DNA of 39,361 nt from contig JADHUQ010000002.1 of NCBI GenBank assembly GCA_016784425.1, forward strand, positions 1-39,361, read 5' to 3'. The DNA is from Candidatus Delongbacteria bacterium. Lineage in GTDB: Bacteria > CAIWAD01 > BS150m-G50. Both the position numbers and the translations under genes were made by a program. Of the stretch, positions 25,680-34,332 are shown piece by piece. Every line of letters begins with the position of its first letter. Position 1 is the stretch's first letter. Under the pieces are notes generated by a model. That model searched no databases and was not told the DNA's origin. It was given only the letters and a program-made list of their open reading frames with translations.

Positions 25680-25869
25680 CAGATCAGGCTTTGGCGATAC
25701 AGCTTCAAGTACGTTGCACGGCAACGGAGCAAGCCGCGGTATGTTTGTAGCATGACTATGAAGTGAAGTTGAACTGTGAGCAGCAGACCGACCAACTGAC
25801 AATGACTTCAACAGCTGAACGCTGATCTCTTCCTGCAGACATTTCCTCTAGGGGAGTCAGAGTATAACC

Positions 25870-27861
25870 TCACCCCAGAAACAGACTGCCCACCTGATAA
25901 ACCAGTACCGCCATCAACCAGCCTAACAGCAGCGGATAAACGGTGGCCAGCACCGCCCAGCGCAGACCGGCCTCTTTGCGGATCACCGCCATCGTCGCCA
26001 GACAGGGAATATAGATCAGCGCCATCACCATGAATGCATAGGTTGATAAGGGGGTAAAGAGGAGGCGCAAAACTTCCTCGCTGACCCGTAAAGTCTCCAG
26101 GGTACCGATCATAACCTCCTTGGCAACGATACCAAAGATGAGTGTAACTGCCGCCTGCCAGGAGCCAAACCCGGCCGGCTCCAGAACCGGAGCAATGAAA
26201 GCACCGAGCCGCCCGATCCAACTGGCTGCGGAGGCGTATTCCACCCCGACCGGCAGCGAAGCCAGTAACCAGATGAGCATCACACCAAAGACGATAACCG
26301 TCCCCGCCCTGCGTAAAAACATCAGGGTGCGGGTCCATGCCTGACGGAAGACATGCCCCCATACCGGCAGTTGATACGGGGGTAATTCCATGATCAGCGG
26401 AGCGGTATCCTGCCGGAAGAAGATCGATTTGAAGAGACGAGCCATGGCAACAGCCAGCACGATTCCCAACAGATACAATGAGAGCACTACTACCCCCTGA
26501 TGCTCCCGAAAGAAGATTCCGGTAAAGAGAATGTAGATCGGCAGCCGGGCCGAGCAGGACATCAAGGGGTTGACCAGAATGGTAAGCAGACGGTCCTTGC
26601 GTGATTCCAGAGTGCGGGTGGCCATTATGGCCGGGACATTGCAGCCGAACCCGAGCAGCATCGGGATGAAACTCTTGCCGTGCAGACCGAGCAGATGCAT
26701 TAAACGGTCCATGACGAAAGCGGCGCGGGACATATAGCCGGTTTCGCCCAGCAGCGCAAAGACGGTGAAAAGGATGAAGATATTCGGCACAAAGACCAGG
26801 ATAGCACCGACCCCGGCGATAATACCGTCGGTCAGCAGCGAAATCAGCCAGGGGTGGACGCCAACCAGCGGCAATATACCCTGCAGTCCTTCGCTCAACA
26901 GGCCCACGGATTTGTCGATGAGGTCGGCCAGCGGATTGCCAAGACTGAATATCAGCTGGAAAGACAACCACATGAAAAACAGAAACAGCGGTATCCCGAG
27001 CCAGCGGTTGGTTGCAACGCTGTCCACCTTGTCGGAGAAGCTAACCCTGGTGGAAAAACCGCCCCGCCGTTGCACACACTCCCGGCAGAGTCCATGGATA
27101 TAGCCATAGCGTTTCTCAGCCAGCATGACCGCAATGTCGCTCTCTGCGGAGGTAAACCGGTTGAGAATTTCCATGATCTCTTCCTGACGGGTCATTTTCT
27201 GCAACCGGGCCAGAAATTCCGGATCCTCCTCCGCCAGTTTGACTGCCATGAAGCGAGTAGGGCAGGTACACTTTTCTTCCTGCTCCAGTAACTGCTGAAC
27301 TTCGCTCAACGCCTCATCAATCTCTTCGCCGTAGTAAGAGGGTGGGGTTGGGATGGGTAATTCCAACCGCTGGGCGATAGCTTCCCGCAACTGGTCGATT
27401 CCCTCCCCTTTAACACCGATTGTCGGGACAACCCGGATCTGCAGCTGTTGCGCCATCGCGAGATGATTGATCTGCAGACCACTCTTCTCCGCCATGTCCA
27501 TCATGTTGAGGGCGATCACTACCTTTTCACCTAATTCCAGGAGCTGCAGAACCAGGTAGAGATTACGTTCCAGGTTGTCAGCATCGACCACAACGACCAC
27601 CAGGTCCGGTTCCCTTTCAACCAGGAAGTCCCGGGCAACTTTTTCATCAAGGCTGTAAGAGGTAAGTGAGTAAATACCGGGCAGGTCGATAATACGGATG
27701 GTTTTATCAGCGAACCGGAAGTGCCCCTCTTTCCGTTCAACCGTAACCCCGGGCCAGTTACCGGTACTCTGGTTGCTGCCGGTCAGGCGGTTGAAGATAG
27801 TGGTTTTGCCGCTGTTGGGATTACCGGCGAGTGCAATTGTATATTCTGGTTGATTTGCCAT
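25870..27861 (-). CDS. feoB: Ferrous iron transporter FeoB
   Basis: N-terminal G domain IALAGNPNSGKTTIFNRLTG...GNWPGVTVE...DLPGIYSL. A large polytopic membrane domain carries the conserved gate motifs. 663 aa. Confidence 0.96.
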   Translation of the reverse strand: MANQPEYTIALAGNPNSGKTTIFNRLTGSNQSTGNWPGVTVERKEGHFRFADKTIRIIDLPGIYSLTSYSLDEKVARDFLVEREPDLVVVVVDADNLERNLYLVLQLLELGEKVVIALNMMDMAEKSGLQINHLAMAQQLQIRVVPTIGVKGEGIDQLREAIAQRLELPIPTPPSYYGEEIDEALSEVQQLLEQEEKCTCPTRFMAVKLAEEDPEFLARLQKMTRQEEIMEILNRFTSAESDIAVMLAEKRYGYIHGLCRECVQRRGGFSTRVSFSDKVDSVATNRWLGIPLFLFFMWLSFQLIFSLGNPLADLIDKSVGLLSEGLQGILPLVGVHPWLISLLTDGIIAGVGAILVFVPNIFILFTVFALLGETGYMSRAAFVMDRLMHLLGLHGKSFIPMLLGFGCNVPAIMATRTLESRKDRLLTILVNPLMSCSARLPIYILFTGIFFREHQGVVVLSLYLLGIVLAVAMARLFKSIFFRQDTAPLIMELPPYQLPVWGHVFRQAWTRTLMFLRRAGTVIVFGVMLIWLLASLPVGVEYASAASWIGRLGAFIAPVLEPAGFGSWQAAVTLIFGIVAKEVMIGTLETLRVSEEVLRLLFTPLSTYAFMVMALIYIPCLATMAVIRKEAGLRWAVLATVYPLLLGWLMAVLVYQVGSLFLG

Positions 27862-27893
27862 TGTGTTTATCCTGCAACGAAAATAGGCTGATT

Positions 27894-28583
27894 CTATAAA
27901 ATCGCCTTAGCCTTCATCTGTACTGCAGCGGCTTCCTCCCGGCGCAGTGACAACCTGTAACCTTTGATCAGAATTTCCAGCGGATCACCCAGAGGTGCCA
28001 GTTTAATCAGATGGATCGATTCACCCGGTAAGACCCCCATGTCCAGCAGGCGTCGTTTAACCCGGCCCTGTGCCAGAATCCTCTGTACAACACCGCTGTC
28101 TCCGGGACGATAGTCTTTGAGGGTAACAATATGAGCCGGTAGTGTGACATCTGAGGTATCCAGATTGGCGTTTTCCAGATCGCTAAGCCAGGTAAGCTGA
28201 TTCCGATGCTGTTCCAGCAGATGAATAAACCGCAACAGGCGATTGAAGGTATCGCGACTGAGATGGTGTTCAACCTCACAGGCGTCATTTTCGGCGATCG
28301 CCTGGTCAACTCCGAGAATTCCGGTGAAGAAACGGTTAAGAGCCACGTGTCTCTCGTAAACATCCTGTGCCTGTTCCAAGCCCTCATCAGTCAAGCGGAT
28401 ATGTCCATATTTTTCATGCTCCACCAGATTCAGAATCGCCAGATTTTTTACAGCGGTGGTTGCTGATGCACTGGAAACCTTCAGGTTAGCCGCGAGATCC
28501 TTTACTCGAACCACCCCTTTCCGCAAAGAGAGGACCCAGACCATCTCCAGATAATCTTCGAGGCTTTCGGTCAGCTGTTTCAT
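27894..28583 (-). CDS. DtxR/MntR-family metal-dependent repressor fused to a C-terminal FeoA/SH3-like domain
   Basis: LEDYLE.V..L......VRVKDLA..L.VS..S....VK.L....LVEHE.Y..I.LT..G is a winged HTH. The metal-site region is DACE.EHHLS. The C-terminus is L.DY.PGDSGVV.RI......RLLDMGV.PG..I.L...AP.GDPLEI...G..LSLRR.EA..V (FeoA fold). It sits 32 nt upstream of feoB. Confidence 0.9.
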   Translation of the reverse strand: MKQLTESLEDYLEMVWVLSLRKGVVRVKDLAANLKVSSASATTAVKNLAILNLVEHEKYGHIRLTDEGLEQAQDVYERHVALNRFFTGILGVDQAIAENDACEVEHHLSRDTFNRLLRFIHLLEQHRNQLTWLSDLENANLDTSDVTLPAHIVTLKDYRPGDSGVVQRILAQGRVKRRLLDMGVLPGESIHLIKLAPLGDPLEILIKGYRLSLRREEAAAVQMKAKAIL

Positions 28584-28600
28584 ATGTTTGCCTATAAAGT

Positions 28601-29062
28601 TTAGTTGGGGCTAAAATATTGGTTAAAAGCAGGCTTCATGCAAGAAGATATCACTACCGACGTTTTATCTTCGCTCTTGTCCAGTTCATGACACCTTGAG
28701 CGAAATTGCCAATTGACACCTTGTTCTATAAGCTGTCCATTTTCAGAAAAGCCAGCCGTTCCCCCCAGGCGGCCGAAATGGGCTTCGGCAGCATAAAACA
28801 GCAGATATGTCATTGGCTTTATAGGAGCGAAGTTCATAAATAATAAATCCTTGACTTGTGAGGTCACAATCCCTATACTTTTTAACGGCTGTGGTAACGG
28901 CACCCCATACAGTGATTGGGCACTCTGAATCCTGTCTGTAAAAACAGCATAACTCCGATCCATATTGACCACCATCGGCTGGAATCCCGTGAGCAGAATC
29001 ATCACCATTTTGTCTGGTATTACAGGGTAAATCATTGGTATACATTGTCTTAAGCATGACAC
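28601..29062 (-). CDS. Hypothetical protein (orphan ORF in a lower-GC stretch)
   Basis: A 153-codon open frame in a region that is visibly more AT-rich (low-to-mid 40s % GC by eye) than its surroundings, which makes chance openness less likely. It ends 17 nt before the dtxR-like start. I recognise no motif. An internal ATG (MIYPVI..., start 29035) is an alternative. Confidence 0.4.
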   Translation of the reverse strand: MSCLRQCIPMIYPVIPDKMVMILLTGFQPMVVNMDRSYAVFTDRIQSAQSLYGVPLPQPLKSIGIVTSQVKDLLFMNFAPIKPMTYLLFYAAEAHFGRLGGTAGFSENGQLIEQGVNWQFRSRCHELDKSEDKTSVVISSCMKPAFNQYFSPN

Positions 29063-29099
29063 ACATTACATTTCAGACAGATATTCTCCGGTTTCATAT

Positions 29100-29537
29100 A
29101 TGCTGGAACTAACAGCTCCCCTGTGGGAATGGCATTTCAAACCGTGGCAGGTTTTGCGTGTGCGAACCACGCTGCTGGCATTGGTCATCCTGGCGGTGGC
29201 GTTGGTGCTGGTGTCCAATTTTGGTATCACTATGCTCGCTTTTCTGTTACTGATCGCTTTCACCTGGTCGCTCAGGCTGGCACTGTTCACCACCCGCTAC
29301 CGGGTGAACACTGAGGGTTTGTCCCGGGTGAATCTGTGGATGACACAGAGTTTTCCCAATACATCCATCCGGCGAGTGGTACCGGTTCCTGGTGGCATTT
29401 TTGTCAGCCAGCATCGGCGGCCCAGTCGCCTGGATCGGTTTCAGGGGTGGTTGATTCCACTCCCGGCAACAGATAAAAAGCAGATTATCAATCATTTACA
29501 GGCTGTCTGTGCAACCGACCAGGAAGTGGAAGCATGA
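29100..29537 (+). CDS. Small membrane protein (two TM helices plus a soluble, possibly PH-like, domain)
   Basis: The hydrophobic hairpin LLALVILAVALVLVSNFGITMLAFLLLIAFTW is followed by a roughly 80-aa basic soluble region. Its stop overlaps the next start (ATGA at 29534-29537). Confidence 0.55.
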   Translation: MLELTAPLWEWHFKPWQVLRVRTTLLALVILAVALVLVSNFGITMLAFLLLIAFTWSLRLALFTTRYRVNTEGLSRVNLWMTQSFPNTSIRRVVPVPGGIFVSQHRRPSRLDRFQGWLIPLPATDKKQIINHLQAVCATDQEVEA

Positions 29538-29866
29538 ACTTCACCGAGCAGGAACAGAACTTTATCGAGCGCTTCTCCGAAGCGGTTGTCAGGCGTCGTA
29601 TGACCGTCCCGGCGATCTTCTTCCTGGAATCGATGACACCGTTGAATTTTATCGCCAGCCAGGGGGTGGCATTTTTTACACCGATTGTCCAGATTTTCAT
29701 GAAAGCTGGGGATCTGGACATTTTGCAACGGCTGCTGGAAAACCGGGAATTCATCCCGGTACTGATCAGCATACTGGAAAAGCGGGATAGAACTTTGAAG
29801 CTTGAGGAGAAAAAACAGAAACAGGAACGCAAACTGTTACGGAAGCAGAAGAAAGAGCAGGCCTGA
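29534..29866 (+). CDS. Small hypothetical protein with a Lys/Glu-rich C-terminal tail
   Basis: 110 aa. It is translationally coupled on both sides (ATGA overlap upstream, and its stop lies 1 nt before the next ATG). A central amphipathic/hydrophobic segment is PAIFFLESMTPLNFIASQGVAFFTPIV. The tail is KLEEKKQKQERKLLRKQKKEQA. Confidence 0.55.
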   Translation: MNFTEQEQNFIERFSEAVVRRRMTVPAIFFLESMTPLNFIASQGVAFFTPIVQIFMKAGDLDILQRLLENREFIPVLISILEKRDRTLKLEEKKQKQERKLLRKQKKEQA

Positions 29867-29867
29867 C

Positions 29868-31178
29868 ATGACATTGATCAAGAATGCCCTGATAGTCACA
29901 ATGAATCAGCATGACGCCATCATTAAAAGCGACATTCTCATCCGTGACGGCTTGATCAAAGCACTTGGTAAATTTCGTGGTGCCCGTGAAGAGGTTGTTG
30001 ATGCCCGGGGTCTGGTGGTCTTTCCCGGATTCATCCAGTCGCATGTTCATCTGAATCAGACACTATTTCGCAATCTGGTTGACGATATGCCGTTGATGCA
30101 ATGGCTGAAAAAAAACATCTGGCCGATGGAAGCGGCGCACAATGCCCGTTCTATCAAGGCTGCCGCCCGTCTCGGTCTGGCGGAGTTGATTTTATCCGGG
30201 ACCACCACGATGGTCAGCATGGAAACGGTACATCATACCGAAGAAGTTCTGAAACAGATCGCTGAGTCCGGGATACGGGCGATCACCGGTAAAGCCATGA
30301 TGGACGCCGGTCGGGGCGTTCCCGCGCTGCTCAAACAGAAAACCGGTGACGCCCTCGCAGAATCGGTTGAGTTACTGGAAAAATGGCACGGACACGACGC
30401 GGGACGAATCCAGTACGCTTTCGCGCCCCGTTTCGCAGTCACCAGCAGTCGGCGGTTGCTGGAGGAAACGGCGCGGTTGGCCCGTGAATACCAGGTAGCA
30501 GTCCATACCCATGCCTCCGAAACGAAGGAAGAGGTGGCACTGGTGCGTAAGCAATTCGGTACCACCAACATTCAGCTCTTCAAACAGGTCGGTCTGCTGG
30601 AGTCACCCCTGATTATCGCACATGGTATTTACCTGACCGGCACGGAACGCAAGCTGTTGCAACGTCATCGTTCCCTGCTGGTACATTGTCCCACCACCAA
30701 TCTCAAACTAGGCTCCGGGATTGCGGACATACCCCTCTATCAACAGGAAAAACTGCAAATCGGGCTGGGCTCGGATGGAGCTCCCTGTAACAACAATCTC
30801 GATCTGCTGCGTGAGATGAGGCTGGCGGCGTTGTTACAGAAACCCAAATATGGCCCTGGGAGTATGCCTGCGATCCGAGTGGTCAGTATGGCTACCCGGG
30901 AAACGGCTGCCGCGCTGGGTCTGGCCGATCGAGTCGGTTCGATAGAGATTGGCAAAGAGGCAGATCTGGCGATTTTTGATTTTAATACGATTCAAACCAC
31001 CCCGGGTAGCAATCCCTGCAGCCAGCTGGTTTACAGTGCCGGAAGAGAAAATCTGCGTCATCTCCTGGTTCGGGGGCGATTCCTGCTGCGCGACGGTCTC
31101 CTGACCGGTTGGGATCATCAGCAGATTGTGCGGGAAGGGCGAGACCAGGCACGAAAATTGCTGCAACGTCTGCAGTAA
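29868..31178 (+). CDS. Amidohydrolase-superfamily nucleoside/base deaminase, MtaD-like (5-methylthioadenosine/S-adenosylhomocysteine deaminase family)
   Basis: MTLIKNALIVT...ILI.DG.I..LG...V.DA.G..V.PGFIQSHVHLNQTLFR...DD.PLMQWL...IWP.E is present. Also HTHASET, HGIYL, GLGSDGA.CNN and DL..F. The track start at 29802 sits inside the upstream gene's Lys-rich tail. Confidence 0.85.
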   Translation: MTLIKNALIVTMNQHDAIIKSDILIRDGLIKALGKFRGAREEVVDARGLVVFPGFIQSHVHLNQTLFRNLVDDMPLMQWLKKNIWPMEAAHNARSIKAAARLGLAELILSGTTTMVSMETVHHTEEVLKQIAESGIRAITGKAMMDAGRGVPALLKQKTGDALAESVELLEKWHGHDAGRIQYAFAPRFAVTSSRRLLEETARLAREYQVAVHTHASETKEEVALVRKQFGTTNIQLFKQVGLLESPLIIAHGIYLTGTERKLLQRHRSLLVHCPTTNLKLGSGIADIPLYQQEKLQIGLGSDGAPCNNNLDLLREMRLAALLQKPKYGPGSMPAIRVVSMATRETAAALGLADRVGSIEIGKEADLAIFDFNTIQTTPGSNPCSQLVYSAGRENLRHLLVRGRFLLRDGLLTGWDHQQIVREGRDQARKLLQRLQ

Positions 31179-31408
31179 CCTGCGAGGCTCGCGCTGAGCG
31201 CCAGAACACCCGGAAACGGCTGTTCAGTCAGGATTTTATTTCCTTGGCAACCAGGTAGTCTCTATCTTAAACTGACCTGCAGCACCAGCCTTGTCTCAAT
31301 TCTTACTATCTTGAGAACCGGGGTCAACAGGATACCATTCTGGATCGCGGTCGTCCGTTACCGTGCTGTGATTTGAGTGGAACAAATTGTAATAAACAGG
31401 ATTCCTGC

Positions 31409-33196
31409 ATGAATGAAATCAGGACCATTCTTGCGACCGATTGTGGCAGTACTACCACCAAAGCCATTCTGATTGAGCAGGTGGAGGGGGAATACCGTTT
31501 GATCGTTCGCGGTGAAGCCCCCACCACAGTTGAAGCACCTTTCGAAGATGTGACCCGTGGTGTCATCAATGCCATCACCGAAGTGGAGGAGTTGACCAAG
31601 CGTGTCTTTCTCGATGGGGATGAAGTAATCATTCCCCCTCGCGACGGAAACGGGGTTGACGCTTACATCTCTACTTCCAGTGCCGGCGGTGGTCTGCAGA
31701 TGATGGTGGCGGGTGTAGTCAAGAACATGACCGCGGAAAGCGCTACCCGCGCCGCTCTGGGGGCGGGTGCCATCGTGATGGATGTAATCGCCTCCAACGA
31801 TGGGCGTCTCGCACATGAAAAAATCGACCTGATCCGCAAGCTGCGACCCGACATGATACTCCTGTCCGGCGGCACCGATGGTGGCAGTGAACAGGCGATT
31901 GAACTGGCTGAACTGATCAAGGCGGCCAACCCGAAACCCCGGCTGGGCAGCGGTTATAACCTGCCGATTATCTATGGCGGAAATGCCAGATTACAGGATA
32001 TAATTCGTGATACACTGGAGGGAATCAGCGCCCTCAGCATCGTGGATAATCTGCGACCGGTGCTGGAAAGGGAGAATCTTAATCCCGCCCGTGACAAGAT
32101 CCACGATCTCTTCATGGAACATGTCATGCAGCAGGCTCCCGGCTACTCCAAGCTGATGGCGATGACCCGTACAGCTGACAAACAGGTACCGATCATGCCA
32201 ACCCCTGGTGCGGTCGGGTTGATCATGCAGGCCATCGCGGAGGAAGAGCAGATCAACGTGGTGGGTGTCGATATCGGGGGCGCAACCACAGACATCTTCT
32301 CCGTATTCGATGGTACCTTCAACCGTACTGTCAGCGCCAACCTCGGCATGAGCTACTCGGTGGCCAATGTGCTGGCGGAAGCCGGCCTGAGCAATATACT
32401 GCGCTGGGTCCGCTCTGATATCGAAGAGGAGGATCTGCGCAACCGCATCGGTAACAAGATGATCCGACCGACCACGATCCCACAGACCAGGGAAGAGTTG
32501 ATGGTGGAACAGGCTATCGCCCGCGAAGCGTTACGTCTGGCCTTTATCCAGCATCGCGAGTTCGCCGTTGAGCTCAAGGGGGTACAGCAGGAGCGGACTA
32601 TTTCCGACGCTTTCGAGCAATCTGAATCGGGACGATCCCTGGTGAAGATGTTAGAACTGGACCTGCTGGTCGGTTCCGGCGGTGTCCTGTCACACGCACC
32701 CCGGCGGGTAGAGGCGGCCCACATGCTCGTGGACGCTTTCCTGCCGGAAGGTTTTACCAGGCTGGCAGTCGATTCGATTTTCATGATGCCCCAACTTGGG
32801 GTTTTGACCGAGCTGCACCGCCAGGCCGCTACCGAAGTCTTCCGAAAGGATTGCCTGATACATCTGGGAACCTGTATCGCTCCCAGAGGAATCCTGCGCA
32901 GCGGCACCGCACTGAAAATCAGCGGTAAGCTGGGTGATGGAACTGACTTCAACCATGAAATCGGCACTAACGAACTGCAGCTGTTCAAGCTGCCGGAGGA
33001 ACCGGCGATCGAACTGATCTTTGAACCCGCCCGTTCACTTGACCTGGGCGCCGGCAAGGGTAAACCGGTGAAGCGCGCCATCAGTGGTGAGTGCGTAGTT
33101 GGACTGATCGTGGATACACGCGGTCGGCCTTTCCAGTTCACCCGTGAGACCCGCGATCGTCAGTCGCTTCTGAACAAGTGGGATATCTGCGAGTAG
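31409..33196 (+). CDS. Glutamate-mutase-MutL-like ASKHA-fold ATPase (mutase reactivase-like), orphan
   Basis: ILATDCGSTTTKAILIE (phosphate-1 motif). DGGLQMMVAG-type and VGVDIGGATTDIFS (second ASKHA phosphate motif) are present. About 595 aa. The ATG at 31409 is preferred over the TTG at 31373. Confidence 0.8.
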   Translation: MNEIRTILATDCGSTTTKAILIEQVEGEYRLIVRGEAPTTVEAPFEDVTRGVINAITEVEELTKRVFLDGDEVIIPPRDGNGVDAYISTSSAGGGLQMMVAGVVKNMTAESATRAALGAGAIVMDVIASNDGRLAHEKIDLIRKLRPDMILLSGGTDGGSEQAIELAELIKAANPKPRLGSGYNLPIIYGGNARLQDIIRDTLEGISALSIVDNLRPVLERENLNPARDKIHDLFMEHVMQQAPGYSKLMAMTRTADKQVPIMPTPGAVGLIMQAIAEEEQINVVGVDIGGATTDIFSVFDGTFNRTVSANLGMSYSVANVLAEAGLSNILRWVRSDIEEEDLRNRIGNKMIRPTTIPQTREELMVEQAIAREALRLAFIQHREFAVELKGVQQERTISDAFEQSESGRSLVKMLELDLLVGSGGVLSHAPRRVEAAHMLVDAFLPEGFTRLAVDSIFMMPQLGVLTELHRQAATEVFRKDCLIHLGTCIAPRGILRSGTALKISGKLGDGTDFNHEIGTNELQLFKLPEEPAIELIFEPARSLDLGAGKGKPVKRAISGECVVGLIVDTRGRPFQFTRETRDRQSLLNKWDICE

Positions 33197-33205
33197 GAGG
33201 TTCTG

Positions 33206-34324
33206 GTGGCAACATCATTTACACCCGGTCTACGGGTGGCGAAAAATATCATAGTGCGCAAAGAGCGTCGTCTGCCGCTGCTGGGCGAGGTTCTCGTCAA
33301 AAGCGGAGATACCGTCAAAGCCGATCAGGTGGTGGCGGAGACAAAACTGCCGGGCAGGATTTTCCCGGTCAATGTAGCCAATGCGCTCAACGTGACGCCG
33401 CCCGAGCTGAAAGAGGCGATGTTCAAGGGAATTGGAGACCAGGTTGAGGAGGGTGAGGTCCTCGCCAGCATCAAATCATTTTTCGGTCTTTTCAGATCCG
33501 AAGCCAAGGCGCCGATCCACGGTACGATCGAGTCGATTTCTTTCATCACCGGTCAGGTTATCGTGCAGGCTCCGCCCGTGCCGGTACAGGTGAAGGCATT
33601 TGTTGATGGCAGGGTGATCCAGGTTTTCAGTAACGAAGGGGTTGAAGTAGAAACCAATGGCTCCTACATCCAGGGCATTCTGGGCCTGGGCGGCGAAACG
33701 CTGGGACCGATTATGATGGGTGTTGAAGCACCGAACGAGGTATTAACCCCTGATAAGCTGACCCCGGCAATGAAAGGTGCGGTTGTTATTGGTGGTTCGT
33801 TGCTGCGCCTCGACACTGTGCGGCGAGCTCGCGAACTTGGTATCAACGCCCTGGTTACCGGTGGCTTTCATGACGGAGATGTCAAGCAACTACTCGGTTA
33901 CGATCTGGGGGTGGCGATTACCGGCTCCGAAGATATCGGACTGACTCTGATCCTCACAGAAGGATTTGGCTGTATTGACATGGCTGATCGGACTTTCGAG
34001 CTCTTGAAGTCACTGGAGGGGCGTTTCGCTTCTGTAAACGGTGCTACGCAGATTCGCGCCGGTGTGATACGTCCGGAGATCATCGTTACCCGTGACGGTG
34101 AAGAGTTACAGGTGGAGACTGTTCACACCGGTGAACTCACGGAAGGTCAAACGGTGCGGGTGATTCGGAATCCCTACTTCGGTCGCATCGGCAAGGTAAC
34201 AGGTTTACCGCCGGAGTTGACCCTGATACCCACTGGCGCCGCTGTCCGTATCCTGGAGGTGGAGTTCACCGACGGTGAGCGGGTCAGTCTGCCACGTACC
34301 AATATTGAATTGATCCTGGAGTAA
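33206..34324 (+). CDS. Hypothetical protein with an N-terminal barrel-sandwich-hybrid (lipoyl/RnfC-N-like) domain; conserved-partner candidate of the MutL-like ATPase
   Basis: GTG start 5 nt after AGGAGG. The LPLLGEVLVKSGDTVKADQVVAE hybrid-barrel motif has no biotin/lipoyl Lys context (no MKM). The central region is GG.LL.LD.VRRARELGINALVTGG. Confidence 0.7.
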   Translation: MATSFTPGLRVAKNIIVRKERRLPLLGEVLVKSGDTVKADQVVAETKLPGRIFPVNVANALNVTPPELKEAMFKGIGDQVEEGEVLASIKSFFGLFRSEAKAPIHGTIESISFITGQVIVQAPPVPVQVKAFVDGRVIQVFSNEGVEVETNGSYIQGILGLGGETLGPIMMGVEAPNEVLTPDKLTPAMKGAVVIGGSLLRLDTVRRARELGINALVTGGFHDGDVKQLLGYDLGVAITGSEDIGLTLILTEGFGCIDMADRTFELLKSLEGRFASVNGATQIRAGVIRPEIIVTRDGEELQVETVHTGELTEGQTVRVIRNPYFGRIGKVTGLPPELTLIPTGAAVRILEVEFTDGERVSLPRTNIELILE

Positions 34325-34332
34325 GCTGAACG

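Noticed and set aside
25712-25726. Hairpin CGTTGC-ACG-GCAACG between the convergent 4Fe-4S and feoB genes (same stem sequence as the inner hairpin at 8347-8363)
   Set aside because: The stem is only 6 bp with no flanking T/A runs. A shared 6-mer stem is not significant. It may be a weak bidirectional terminator, but I cannot support that.
25808-26971. 387-aa ORF on the minus strand overlapping feoB
   Set aside because: It is the same strand but a different frame inside the clearly recognisable feoB gene. The product is Arg/Gly/Pro/His-rich low-complexity sequence, typical of an off-frame read through a GC-rich membrane-protein gene.
31179-31408. Possible cobalamin riboswitch upstream of the MutL-like gene
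   Set aside because: I could not find a B12-box-like core or the conserved GCCACTG-type element in the 230-bp leader.
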